A DNA stretch of 64,000 nucleotides from Candidatus Latescibacterota bacterium (GTDB lineage Bacteria; Latescibacterota; UBA2968; UBA8231): NCBI GenBank assembly GCA_965217585.1, contig OZ244561.1, positions 5,280,001-5,344,000 on the forward strand, read 5' to 3'. Below, one piece after another: positions 38,841-47,578 of the stretch. The notes under the pieces were generated by a model. That model was not told the DNA's origin. It searched no databases and was given only the letters and a program-made list of their open reading frames with translations. How positions within the stretch are numbered: position 1 is the first letter of the stretch; each line of letters starts with the position of its first letter. The position numbers and the translations under genes were made by a program.

Positions 38841-39236
38841 TTACTCCCAATGGGCGAAAGGGTTGGCGCAGGGGAGTTCGTAGGGGTCGTAGTAGGCGCG
38901 GTAGCCGACGGCCTTCGCCTCGTCGGCTCCATGCCAAAAGAAATCGCTCGACAGCAAAAACTGCTGGCCGAGCCACGCCTCAGCTTGGGCATCGCCGGCA
39001 CTGGCCCGACGCAAAAGCGCGTGCTGGTCTCGCGCTAGCAGGTCTTGGCAGAAGCGGGCCAAGCCGTCCTCGTCTATCCGCAGATAGGGCAGCAGGCGGC
39101 GCACGGTCGCCGCGGTTTGCTCAGTCCAAGGGTCGTCGAGCCGGCGCGGGCGATAAAACCAGCTTCCGATGCCGACGCCCAGCGACAGGGCGGCTATAGC
39201 TCCCAAGAAGGCACGGCGCTTGTTCCAGACCGCCAT
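38841..39236 (-). CDS. Small Tat-signal protein, probable export partner of the adjacent GMC oxidoreductase
   Basis: KRRAFLG twin-arginine motif; FLLSSDFF..G, YYDPY..PCANPF. Confidence 0.65.
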   Translation of the reverse strand: MAVWNKRRAFLGAIAALSLGVGIGSWFYRPRRLDDPWTEQTAATVRRLLPYLRIDEDGLARFCQDLLARDQHALLRRASAGDAQAEAWLGQQFLLSSDFFWHGADEAKAVGYRAYYDPYELPCANPFAHWE

Positions 39237-39241
39237 AATCC

Positions 39242-40666
39242 CTACGCCAACAGATGGTGGGCCGCCCACAGGGACAGGGCCGACAGGGTGAGGGTCGGGT
39301 TGACCGGCGAACTAGTTGGGAAGGCTCCGCCGCCCAAGACCAGCAGATTGCGGATTTGGTGGTGGACCAGGCCTCGGTCAACAATGCTGCGGCGCGGGTC
39401 GGTGCCCATCGGCGTGGTGCCCAAGATGTGATTCTCGGTGGGGGAAGGCCGGGGGTCGAAGTCGATTTTTTCTACCGGCAGGGGGCGCAAAAGCTCGGGT
39501 AGGGCCTCCGCGAGTGCGTCAATGCCGCGCTGGGCGTACTCCGAGTGGTTCCGGTACACGGTTTCGGGTTGGGCGGGGTCGCCAGCAGCAATGCGGACGT
39601 GGTTGTGCGGTGCGGGCAAGTCCTCAAAGAGGAATTTGAGCACTAGCCGCTGCCGCCACTTGTCCCGTTCCAAGCGCAGGGTGGGCACGTTCCACGATTC
39701 AATCAGACAGCCGGCTCGCTGCGACCGGTGGGGGCCGTCGTACAACATGTACCCGTGCCCGGTAATGCTGGTGCTGCCTTGGAAGTTCTCGACTCCGTCG
39801 AGGTCTATGGTCGTGGTGACGGAGACTTGCTCGTGGAGGAATTTGCCCAAGAGGGGATGGGACAAGCCCGAGCGCAGCAGAATGTGCGGATTGAACAAGG
39901 CATTGGCCCCCAAGACCACCAACTGGCCCTGCGCTTGGGCTTCGATACCGTTCTTTATGTAGCGGACGCCTCGGGCCGTGCGGCCGGTGGTTTCCACACT
40001 CTGGACCGCGGCCTCCAGCACCAACGTAACGCGGGGGTCGGCGTAGAGATGGCCCATTTCGTTGAGGACCGTGAACTTGGCGTCTATGGGGCACAAGTGG
40101 CACACCCCGCTGGCGCAACAGGCGGGCCGCTGGGCCGTGGCCAAGCGCGCCCGGGCCGTGGGCTGGTGAAAAAAGAGCTCTGGATAGGCTTTTTTAAGTA
40201 GCTGATCGGGTCGAGAAAAGCGGTGGGGTGGCTGGGGATAGGGCCGGCTGCGGGGCTGGGGTGCCCCATCGGCTGGACCCGAGACGGCCATGAGTGCTTC
40301 GGCTTGGCAGTAAAATTCCTCCAGCTCGTCGTAGCTAAGGGGCCAGTCTGTGCCCACTCCATAGGTGGATTTCAACGCAAAGTCACTGGGCATCATGCGC
40401 GGCGTCACCGCCCACCAGCAGTTGGAGCCGCCGCCCAGAGCCGGCGTGTAGAACCACTGTTTGCGGCGGTGGCGGTTGACAAAGGTGGCTTGGGGGGCCG
40501 TGCTGGCTGGTCGGCGGTGGCGCAGTTGCCAAGCATGGGTGTCGCGGCGGCCTCGCTCCAAGACCAAGATCCGGGCGTCGGCCCGGCACCGGGCCAGATA
40601 GACCGAGAGAAAGAACGAAGAGGCAAAGCCGGTGCCCACGACAATGAGGTCGTAGTCTTGGTCCAT
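39242..40666 (-). CDS. GMC-family FAD oxidoreductase
   Basis: YDLIVVGTG, LVLERG, LGGGSNCW, DWPLSYDELE, CCASGVCHLCP, HILGTTPMG, NPTLT. Confidence 0.92.
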   Translation of the reverse strand: MDQDYDLIVVGTGFASSFFLSVYLARCRADARILVLERGRRDTHAWQLRHRRPASTAPQATFVNRHRRKQWFYTPALGGGSNCWWAVTPRMMPSDFALKSTYGVGTDWPLSYDELEEFYCQAEALMAVSGPADGAPQPRSRPYPQPPHRFSRPDQLLKKAYPELFFHQPTARARLATAQRPACCASGVCHLCPIDAKFTVLNEMGHLYADPRVTLVLEAAVQSVETTGRTARGVRYIKNGIEAQAQGQLVVLGANALFNPHILLRSGLSHPLLGKFLHEQVSVTTTIDLDGVENFQGSTSITGHGYMLYDGPHRSQRAGCLIESWNVPTLRLERDKWRQRLVLKFLFEDLPAPHNHVRIAAGDPAQPETVYRNHSEYAQRGIDALAEALPELLRPLPVEKIDFDPRPSPTENHILGTTPMGTDPRRSIVDRGLVHHQIRNLLVLGGGAFPTSSPVNPTLTLSALSLWAAHHLLA

Positions 40667-40675
40667 GCGTTGGTC

Positions 40676-42028
40676 CTAGTGGAAACAGGGCTGCCGGCCG
40701 CTGTGGGCCACTGGGCGGAAGTAGAGCAATTTGCGCAGCGGCCACGGGGTCGGCTGCCGCAGTTGCGCGTCTGAGGAGGCGCTGGAACCGGCGTGCCGCT
40801 CATAGGTAAGCGAAGTGTTGGGGTGCTGCTGGAGCAAGGCGCGCACCTCAAAGAAGGGCAACATTAGTTTGCGCCGCGCCAGACTGGCCAAGAAGCCGGA
40901 CGAAGAGTCCTTTATTTCTACTAGATCCTGCTGGAAACCAAACAGTTGCACTCCAGCCGGCACCAGCAAGTGGTTGCTCTGCCCCCCTTCGGTGCGAAGG
41001 TTGGAATACATGGCAAACGCCGTCTCGGTCTTGAGCCCCAGATAGGGACTGCACCCGTTGAGGCCGGCCAGCAGAGGCACTAGCAGCACAGGCCAAGGCC
41101 GGAACGAGAATGCGGGCCGCACCGGAGGCGCTTTGGGCAGGAGGACGAAAAGGAGGATCAGGCCAGCGCTGTACAGCCCCCACAAGGGGAGCACTAACTC
41201 GGCCGGTGCGGCAACTAGATCGTCCAGAGCTACCAAAAGCCCCAACCCCACCAACACCGCGCCGACTGCGAGTACACTCTTGCCGGAAAAAGGCAGGCCC
41301 TCCCACTGCAGCGGCCCAAAAAGACGCCGGGTCGGCCAGCTAGTGTCGAGGCGCGAGGAGGAAAACAAAAACAGCAAGGCAAAAATCATGGAGGAGAAAT
41401 TGTAAAATTCGCTTATGGGATTAAAGCCGACCGCCGCGTGGAAGAGGAGACCGAGCAAAATACCGGCGTTGCGGGTAAGGGGCCAGCACAGCAGGAGCGG
41501 AATGGCCGTTTCGACTGCTAGGGTAAGGTAGATGGGAGCCGCTTCTGCCAAGGCGAAGGGGAGCGACTGGAGTTGGGCCGCGTAGAAGTGGACCGCGCAG
41601 CTTATCTGGGGGTCGAGAAAGTCGGCGTTGAGTTTGTGCAAGACGGCGAAGAAGTAGAGGATGATCAGTTCGAGCCGGACGATGGGGGCAAAGGTTCGGT
41701 ACAAGGCCCCCGGCTCCACGGCGAACGTGCGCCCGGCCCACGCCAGTCGGGCGTAGGCTTGGAGGAGTGTGAGGTTCACCAGCCCGGTGAAGAGCCAGTG
41801 GTTGGAGATAAAAGGAGCCGTCGTCCAGCTTTCGCACAGTTGCAGGGCTGCCAGCAATGCGAGGCGATGCGGTGCGCCCGGCCGATGGAGCAGATAGAGT
41901 GCAGCGGCAGCGAGTAGGGTGCTGAGCAAAGGAGCCGGCCACGGGTCTTTGGCAACAAGGTGAAAAAGCGTTGCCAAGCCCCAGAGGACGCAGAAGGTCG
42001 AGTACGTCTTTTGCTCGCTGGTCGGCAT
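40676..42028 (-). CDS. HTTM-domain-like membrane protein (vitamin K-dependent carboxylase N-terminal-like)
   Basis: ISNHW, LYFFAVLHKLNADF, GLLFH, PYLGLKT..FAMYSNLRTEGG.SNH; start may be the TTG at 42064. Confidence 0.6.
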   Translation of the reverse strand: MPTSEQKTYSTFCVLWGLATLFHLVAKDPWPAPLLSTLLAAAALYLLHRPGAPHRLALLAALQLCESWTTAPFISNHWLFTGLVNLTLLQAYARLAWAGRTFAVEPGALYRTFAPIVRLELIILYFFAVLHKLNADFLDPQISCAVHFYAAQLQSLPFALAEAAPIYLTLAVETAIPLLLCWPLTRNAGILLGLLFHAAVGFNPISEFYNFSSMIFALLFLFSSSRLDTSWPTRRLFGPLQWEGLPFSGKSVLAVGAVLVGLGLLVALDDLVAAPAELVLPLWGLYSAGLILLFVLLPKAPPVRPAFSFRPWPVLLVPLLAGLNGCSPYLGLKTETAFAMYSNLRTEGGQSNHLLVPAGVQLFGFQQDLVEIKDSSSGFLASLARRKLMLPFFEVRALLQQHPNTSLTYERHAGSSASSDAQLRQPTPWPLRKLLYFRPVAHSGRQPCFH

Positions 42029-42060
42029 AGCGGCATTAAAATAGATAATCCGACTGGCAC

Positions 42061-44064
42061 TCAATAGAGGGGGATGCGATTGCCCACGGTACCGGTCACG
42101 CCGTCGATGAGCAGCCAGACGCCGCCGCTGCTAATGTGGCCTAGGGCCATGCCGAGAAAAAAGGGCTGCATTCTGTGGTACGCAGCGGCCCCCCCAAAAC
42201 GCAGCAGGCACTTTTTGCTCAGCCAAGCTAAGAATACCGCAAACCAGATCCGCTCCATCACGCGGCCGAAGCCGACGACAAAACCGAGGGGGTGCAGGGG
42301 CCACCACAGCAGGTAGCGCCGGGCCGCCAGCAAGCCCGCCATAATCGTGCCTCCGCCGCTAGTCCATAGCCAGCCAGCTAGGCTCGGCTCGGTGGGATCG
42401 AGGAGGTGCCGGGCCGCCAAGCGCGAAGGCTCGGTGGCGTAGTGAGTCGAAAGGTACAGGTTGATGGCGCCGTGGCGGTAGGCCAGATACAGGGTGTACC
42501 ACAAGGACAGCACCCAAGTGATGAGCATGGCGGCGGCCAAGGCCCAAAAGAGGCGGCGCTGGCCGCTTTTTAAGTCGCTGATCAAGCGCAGGCTGTTGGC
42601 CAAGGGAGCCAGCATAAAGACCAGCAAGTCGCCACACCACACCATGGTATAGCCCAAAGCTACCGTCCCCTGGGGCCCCAGGGCCGAAGACCCCACGCCA
42701 GACAAGGTAAAACCTGCTGGGATCATGGCCGGCTTGACAATCGGCAGGCCGGTTTCGGCGATGACGCGGGCTAAGACGACAAAAATGGTCAGACCGACCG
42801 CTAAGACGAGTAGGGCGATCCAAGCGGGCAGGCCGGTTTGCCACAGCCAAAACCACAAGCTTGCCACGCCCACTGCGGTGCCGACTACCGCGGCTCGGAA
42901 GGACATGATCTCGCCTTGGTCGTCCACTGCATCGCTCCCATCCCAAGCGCGCTGTAGGACGGCTTTGAGATGGAGCCGAGCGTTCCACAAGACCGCACCC
43001 AGCAAGACCGCGATGGCTCCTATCATAAGGTGCCCTCTGATCGGAACGCTCCAGTGGCCCAAATCGGCTTGGCTGTGAATGCCCATAACGCCGAAGGCCG
43101 CGTCTTGGAAATAGGCGATTAGATAGAACAACCACAGGCTGAGGCCGATGTTGAGATTGATGAAATAAGCCAAGCCTAGCATGAGAAAATTGATGTTTAA
43201 CTGGAGACTGCGGCCGCCATCGATAGGCTGCACCGCCGTAGAGAGTCCGGGGACGGCCACTTGGGGAAAGTAGTGGTGCAAGGCCCCGAGGCTGGAGAGC
43301 AAGAAGGGGATAGCAAAACCTGCCCACATGACCCAGTTTCTGAAGAATGGTTTGAGCAAGCGGTCTTCCGTCCCCTCGTCAAGCATGGCCAGCGGTGCTT
43401 GGGCGAGAGGATAGGCCAAGCGCTCGTAATTGACCCACTGGCGGCGCAGAATCGCGCTGATGCAGAGGAGCGTCAGGTACAAAGCCATGTAGAAGGCCAG
43501 CCATGCCGCCAGCGGCGGTAGCCAGTGTGCCCACGGGATGGATCCGCCGCCTTCGTAGAAATCAATGACGGCTTGGGCATCGTCGACTAATATCCACCGA
43601 GGCAGCAAGGGGTGGACTTGCGCGGCCCATTGGTTTTCGGGCGAGGCGTAGTACAAGGAGCCCGTGATGATGGGCAGCAGCATACTGACCACGCCTTTGG
43701 TGGGGATGGCCGCGGCCGCGGTCATCATCGTGAAAATGGTGATCAGTTCGCCGCGGGTAAAAGCCCACTCGCGGCGGCAACGGCCCAAGAGCAGGTGCAG
43801 GGTCAACAGCAAGACGAAGAGCAGGAAAAAGGCCACCGGGGTGGCGGATGTCAGGGCGAGGGCTGTCCCTTTGACGATCTGCCGGGCGTAGGGAGCACCC
43901 ACGGCGATGAGCGCACATAGCAAAGATCCCACCATTATGCCCCTCCAGGTTACGGCCTCCCGGAGGCTGTGGTGGGCCCTGGGGCCACTGCGCTGCGCTA
44001 GATAGGCCTGATAGTCCGGTGGTACCTTTGATTGCAAGCGATTAGCTCCAGCCCGATAACCCAA
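42061..44064 (-). CDS. DUF6785/DUF6784-like membrane protein (paralog 2 of 4)
   Basis: Closely similar to 35266-37206 (GTALALTSATPVAFF, LRRQW..YERLAYP, YTMVWCGDLLVFM, WWPLHPLGF, GNRIPLY). Confidence 0.75.
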   Translation of the reverse strand: MGYRAGANRLQSKVPPDYQAYLAQRSGPRAHHSLREAVTWRGIMVGSLLCALIAVGAPYARQIVKGTALALTSATPVAFFLLFVLLLTLHLLLGRCRREWAFTRGELITIFTMMTAAAAIPTKGVVSMLLPIITGSLYYASPENQWAAQVHPLLPRWILVDDAQAVIDFYEGGGSIPWAHWLPPLAAWLAFYMALYLTLLCISAILRRQWVNYERLAYPLAQAPLAMLDEGTEDRLLKPFFRNWVMWAGFAIPFLLSSLGALHHYFPQVAVPGLSTAVQPIDGGRSLQLNINFLMLGLAYFINLNIGLSLWLFYLIAYFQDAAFGVMGIHSQADLGHWSVPIRGHLMIGAIAVLLGAVLWNARLHLKAVLQRAWDGSDAVDDQGEIMSFRAAVVGTAVGVASLWFWLWQTGLPAWIALLVLAVGLTIFVVLARVIAETGLPIVKPAMIPAGFTLSGVGSSALGPQGTVALGYTMVWCGDLLVFMLAPLANSLRLISDLKSGQRRLFWALAAAMLITWVLSLWYTLYLAYRHGAINLYLSTHYATEPSRLAARHLLDPTEPSLAGWLWTSGGGTIMAGLLAARRYLLWWPLHPLGFVVGFGRVMERIWFAVFLAWLSKKCLLRFGGAAAYHRMQPFFLGMALGHISSGGVWLLIDGVTGTVGNRIPLY

Positions 44065-44067
44065 TTC

Positions 44068-45882
44068 TCAAGGCTTCGACCGAGGGTCGGCCCCCACCAC
44101 TTGCAGGGCTTCGGCGAGATTGGAACGGGCTTGGCGGTAGGTGGGTTTGAGTTGGAGTGCGCGTCGGTAGTGGTCGATGGCCTCGGCGAATTGACCCCGG
44201 AGGGCTAAGAGCCGCCCCAAATTGTTGTGCGCCTCGGCAAAGTCGGGTTTGAGTTGGAGTGCGCGTCGGTAGTGGTCGATGGCTTCTGCGTCCTGTCGTT
44301 GGATAGCCAAGGCAGCACCCAGATTGCTGTGGACCAAGGCGAGGTCGGGGGCCAGTTGGAGGGCTTGTCGGTAGTGTTCGATGGCCTCTGCGACTGCGTT
44401 TTGGCCGAGGAGGACGTTGCCCAGTTTGAGGTAGGTTTCGACGCGGTCCGGCTCGGCTTTTAAGGCGCGGCGGTAGTGGCGTATTGCGGCGGTGGACTCA
44501 CCCCGGGCTTGGTGCGCGTCGGCGAGGTTGAGGTGAATTTGGGCGCTGCCGGGCTTTAGCAAGAGAGCTTGCCGGTAATGGCCGATGGCTTGGTCGAGTT
44601 GGCCGCGCTCCTTGAGGATATTGGCCAGATTGTTGTGGGCGATCCAAGCACCGGCATTTTTTTGCAGGGTATCGCGCCACAAGGTCTCCAGATCAGCATA
44701 GACCCGCCCTTGCCGCCAAGTGAGCAGACCGCAGAGGGCCAAGACCAACGCCAGTGCCACCGGCCCGGCCGCCGATCGGCCCAGCCGCGTCCACGCGCGG
44801 TGCCCACCAGCGGCGGCCAGCGCCAAAAGCCCCAGACTGGCCAAGTATTGGAAGTGGTCGGCGACAAAGGAGTAGAGCATGGGGTAGAAGTTGAAAAAGC
44901 CCAGTGCCGGCGTTAGGGTACCGGCAAAAAACAACACCCCGGTCAGCGGCCCCCGTCCCAAGCGCTCCCGCAAGGCCCACAGCAGTACCCCGATGCCCAA
45001 GGCTCCGGCCGGATAGAGATATTGCCAGAGCGCGGTCGCATCGATTTCCCAGCGGGGGTAGATAAACGCAAGGTCGAGCGGCACGAGGAGTTTCGCCGCA
45101 TAGAACCACAACGCCCGCCCGGCGATCAGGCCGCGCTCCACCAGCGACAAGTCCCACTCTGGCCCCCAAGCGCCGACGCTGTGCTTCTCCATCCACACCG
45201 TCACCCCACTCATGGCCACCCCTAGGGTAAAAAAAGGCACGAGGGCTACTGCCGTGCGCCGCATTGGCGTTTGGCCCTTCCACCACAGTACCAGCAACAG
45301 GGCGGCTGGCAGGGTGCAGGTGACGGTCTTGCTGAGCAGGGCCGCGGCAAAAAGGACCAAAGCGGTCCAGTACAAGCGAGGGCTTTGCGCTTCTTCATAG
45401 CGCAGATAGGCCCAGGCCGCACTCAGATAGAATGCGCCGGACAACGCGTTCTTGCGCTCGGTAATCCACGCCACTGACTCGACCTGCACTGGGTGCAGGG
45501 CAAACAGGGCTGCTGCAGCCCAAGCGCCGGGTACTTTTAGGCGGATTAGCAGCCGCCAGACCAAAACGGCACTTAGGGCGTGTAGGATTACATTGACCAC
45601 GTGGTAGCCGGCCGGAGCCAAGCCCCACAGACGGTATTCGAGCCAATAGGTCGTATGGACCAGCGGGTAGTATTGGCGCGTGGCTCCCGGCTGGAACCAG
45701 ATCTGCCCCAGCCCCGCTAGCGAGCGCAGGGTGAGGTTGTCCTGCACGTAGTCGTCGTCGTCCCAGACAAAACCGCCGTTCATCGCCGGTATATAGGCCC
45801 CGACGGTTAGTCCCACTAGTAGGAGGGCCGGCGCGAGCCAAGTGCGGCGTTCTGGTTGAGAGGAAGCTGCGGATGGGCACAT
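44068..45882 (-). CDS. TMTC-like GT-C membrane protein with C-terminal TPR repeats
   Basis: GFVWDD, YYPL, GYHVVNVILH, LFALHPVQVESVAWITERK, ADHFQYL, WRDTL followed by TPRs; start ATG at 45882 is an estimate. Confidence 0.85.
   Translation of the reverse strand: MCPSAASSQPERRTWLAPALLLVGLTVGAYIPAMNGGFVWDDDDYVQDNLTLRSLAGLGQIWFQPGATRQYYPLVHTTYWLEYRLWGLAPAGYHVVNVILHALSAVLVWRLLIRLKVPGAWAAAALFALHPVQVESVAWITERKNALSGAFYLSAAWAYLRYEEAQSPRLYWTALVLFAAALLSKTVTCTLPAALLLVLWWKGQTPMRRTAVALVPFFTLGVAMSGVTVWMEKHSVGAWGPEWDLSLVERGLIAGRALWFYAAKLLVPLDLAFIYPRWEIDATALWQYLYPAGALGIGVLLWALRERLGRGPLTGVLFFAGTLTPALGFFNFYPMLYSFVADHFQYLASLGLLALAAAGGHRAWTRLGRSAAGPVALALVLALCGLLTWRQGRVYADLETLWRDTLQKNAGAWIAHNNLANILKERGQLDQAIGHYRQALLLKPGSAQIHLNLADAHQARGESTAAIRHYRRALKAEPDRVETYLKLGNVLLGQNAVAEAIEHYRQALQLAPDLALVHSNLGAALAIQRQDAEAIDHYRRALQLKPDFAEAHNNLGRLLALRGQFAEAIDHYRRALQLKPTYRQARSNLAEALQVVGADPRSKP
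44143..44283. repeat. 39-nt exact direct repeat at 102-nt spacing (TPR unit duplication)
   Basis: gggtttgagttggagtgcgcgtcggtagtggtcgatggc at 44143-44181 and 44245-44283. Confidence 0.9.
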
Positions 45883-45939
45883 GGGAGGATTGGGCGTTGG
45901 GCGTATTGCGGCGGGCGGACCTTGCATTACAATATAAGT

Positions 45940-47091
45940 ATGCACACCTGCTTGAAAATAGGTTCCAGCCTGCTGCTGGCCGCCCTCCCGGGGCTGCTGG
46001 CTTGTGGAGATCGCCGCACGGCTCCCACAGGGGCTGAGGAGACCAGCGCAGTCGTGCTGCTGACCGCTAAGGTGGATGCTGAGGTGGCGGCTAGGCTCGC
46101 CCAAGTCGAGGTAGTAGTCACTGCGGCCGATATGCCAGCCCTGCGCCAGACATTGGCCGTGGCTGGCGATCGCATTGTCGGTACCGTCTCCGCGATCCCG
46201 GCGGGAGCCGCCAGACTATTTGCGGTTGCCGGCTACGATGCGACCGGAGCCTTGGTAGTCAGCGGCTCGGCCAAGCTGGATCTGGCCCCGGGGCAGTCTG
46301 TTCCCCTCGGTCTTACCCTCGTTGTTGAGCCATTGCCTGCCCGCTTGAAGCCCCCGATTACCGCAGAGTTGGTCCCGGGCGTGCCGCTGGATATGGTGTG
46401 GATCGAGCCGGGCGTCTTCACCATGGGTTCGCCGCTGGACGAGCAGGGCCGCAACGACGACGAAGGTCCTCCGCTTGAGGTTCGCCTGACTCAGGGTTTC
46501 TACCTAAGTCAGTGCGAAATCACCCAGCGCCAGTGGACGGCTGTGACCGGGGAGCGGCCGTGGAGCCGCCACGCTGATGAGGTGGAAGAGGGACCTGACC
46601 GCCCGGCGGTGTACATCTCTTGGGAAGATGTGCAAGAATTCATAGCCGCCCTCAACGCCGCGGCCGGTGTCCGGGTGTACCGACTGCCTACCGAGGCCGA
46701 GTGGGAGTACGCTGGGCGGGCGGGCACGAAGACGCCGTGGTCCTTTGGCAATGCCCAAAAGGAACTGGACCTTCACGCTTGGTGGACGAACAATATTTCC
46801 CTCACCGGGCGGCTGGCCGCCCAGCCAGTGGGGTTAAAAGTGCCCAACCCTTGGGGGCTGTACGATATGCACGGCAATGTCTGGGAGTGGGTAAGCGACT
46901 GGTTGGGTGCGTACCCGGAGGGGTCGCAGACCGATCCCCAAGGGCCGACCGAGGGCACGGCTCGGGTGTTTCGCGGCGGCAGCTTTAAAGACGCGGCTTC
47001 GCTCTCCCGCTCGGCTCAGCGCTGCTGGAACGCGCCCGAGCGGCGTTTTAGTCACGTTGGGGTTCGGCTAGTGCGGGACTTGGACTTATGA
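45940..47091 (+). CDS. Lipoprotein with formylglycine-generating enzyme (FGE-sulfatase/SUMF1) family domain
   Basis: LLAC lipobox; FTMGS, EITQ.QW, YRLPTEAEWEYA.RAG, NPWGLYDMHGNVWEW, RGGS, GVRLVR. Confidence 0.9.
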   Translation: MHTCLKIGSSLLLAALPGLLACGDRRTAPTGAEETSAVVLLTAKVDAEVAARLAQVEVVVTAADMPALRQTLAVAGDRIVGTVSAIPAGAARLFAVAGYDATGALVVSGSAKLDLAPGQSVPLGLTLVVEPLPARLKPPITAELVPGVPLDMVWIEPGVFTMGSPLDEQGRNDDEGPPLEVRLTQGFYLSQCEITQRQWTAVTGERPWSRHADEVEEGPDRPAVYISWEDVQEFIAALNAAAGVRVYRLPTEAEWEYAGRAGTKTPWSFGNAQKELDLHAWWTNNISLTGRLAAQPVGLKVPNPWGLYDMHGNVWEWVSDWLGAYPEGSQTDPQGPTEGTARVFRGGSFKDAASLSRSAQRCWNAPERRFSHVGVRLVRDLDL

Positions 47092-47477
47092 GCGACGCCA
47101 CGCTGGCCCAGCTTACCGCCGAAATTCGCCGCTTCGTGGAGGAGCGCGACTGGGCGCAATTCCACACCCCCAAGGACTTGGCTATTGGTCTTTCTACCGA
47201 AGCGGCCGAAGTTTTGGAGCACTTCCGCTTTCGTTCCGACCAAGAGATCGCCACCCGCCTAGCAGACGAATCTTTCCGCCGGGCTATCGGCCACGAATTG
47301 GCCGACGCGCTGTACTTTGTCCTGCTTATGTGCGACCGCTTCGGCTTGGACGCAGCGCAAATGCTGGAGGAGAAATTGGCCATTTCGGCTCAGCGCTATC
47401 CGGTGGAAAAGGCCCGGGGCAAAAACCTCAAATACACCGCCTATCAAGTTCCCTCGGCAAGCGACCACACCTCCTAA
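47088..47477 (+). CDS. MazG-like nucleotide pyrophosphohydrolase (dCTP pyrophosphatase-like)
   Basis: FVEERDWAQFHTPKDLA..L..EAAEVLEHF, ELAD, KL...RYP. Confidence 0.9.
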   Translation: MSDATLAQLTAEIRRFVEERDWAQFHTPKDLAIGLSTEAAEVLEHFRFRSDQEIATRLADESFRRAIGHELADALYFVLLMCDRFGLDAAQMLEEKLAISAQRYPVEKARGKNLKYTAYQVPSASDHTS

Positions 47478-47578
47478 GCTCTCTCAGTGGGTGAGAGTGG
47501 CACACGCCGTCGCAGGAGACGGGGCTCTCGTAGGGCTGCGGAGTAACATCCTCTCTGGAGCCGGATCACAACTTGAAG

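Noticed and set aside
45883-46104. Extended N-termini of the TMTC-like ORF (to 46104) and the FGE ORF (from 45856)
   Set aside because: They would overlap head-to-head; downstream ATGs at 45882 and 45940 give sensible leaders and a short divergent promoter gap
45940-47091. FGE-sulfatase (C-type-lectin fold) protein as a diversity-generating retroelement target
   Set aside because: No reverse transcriptase and no template-repeat copy of its 3' end seen in the window
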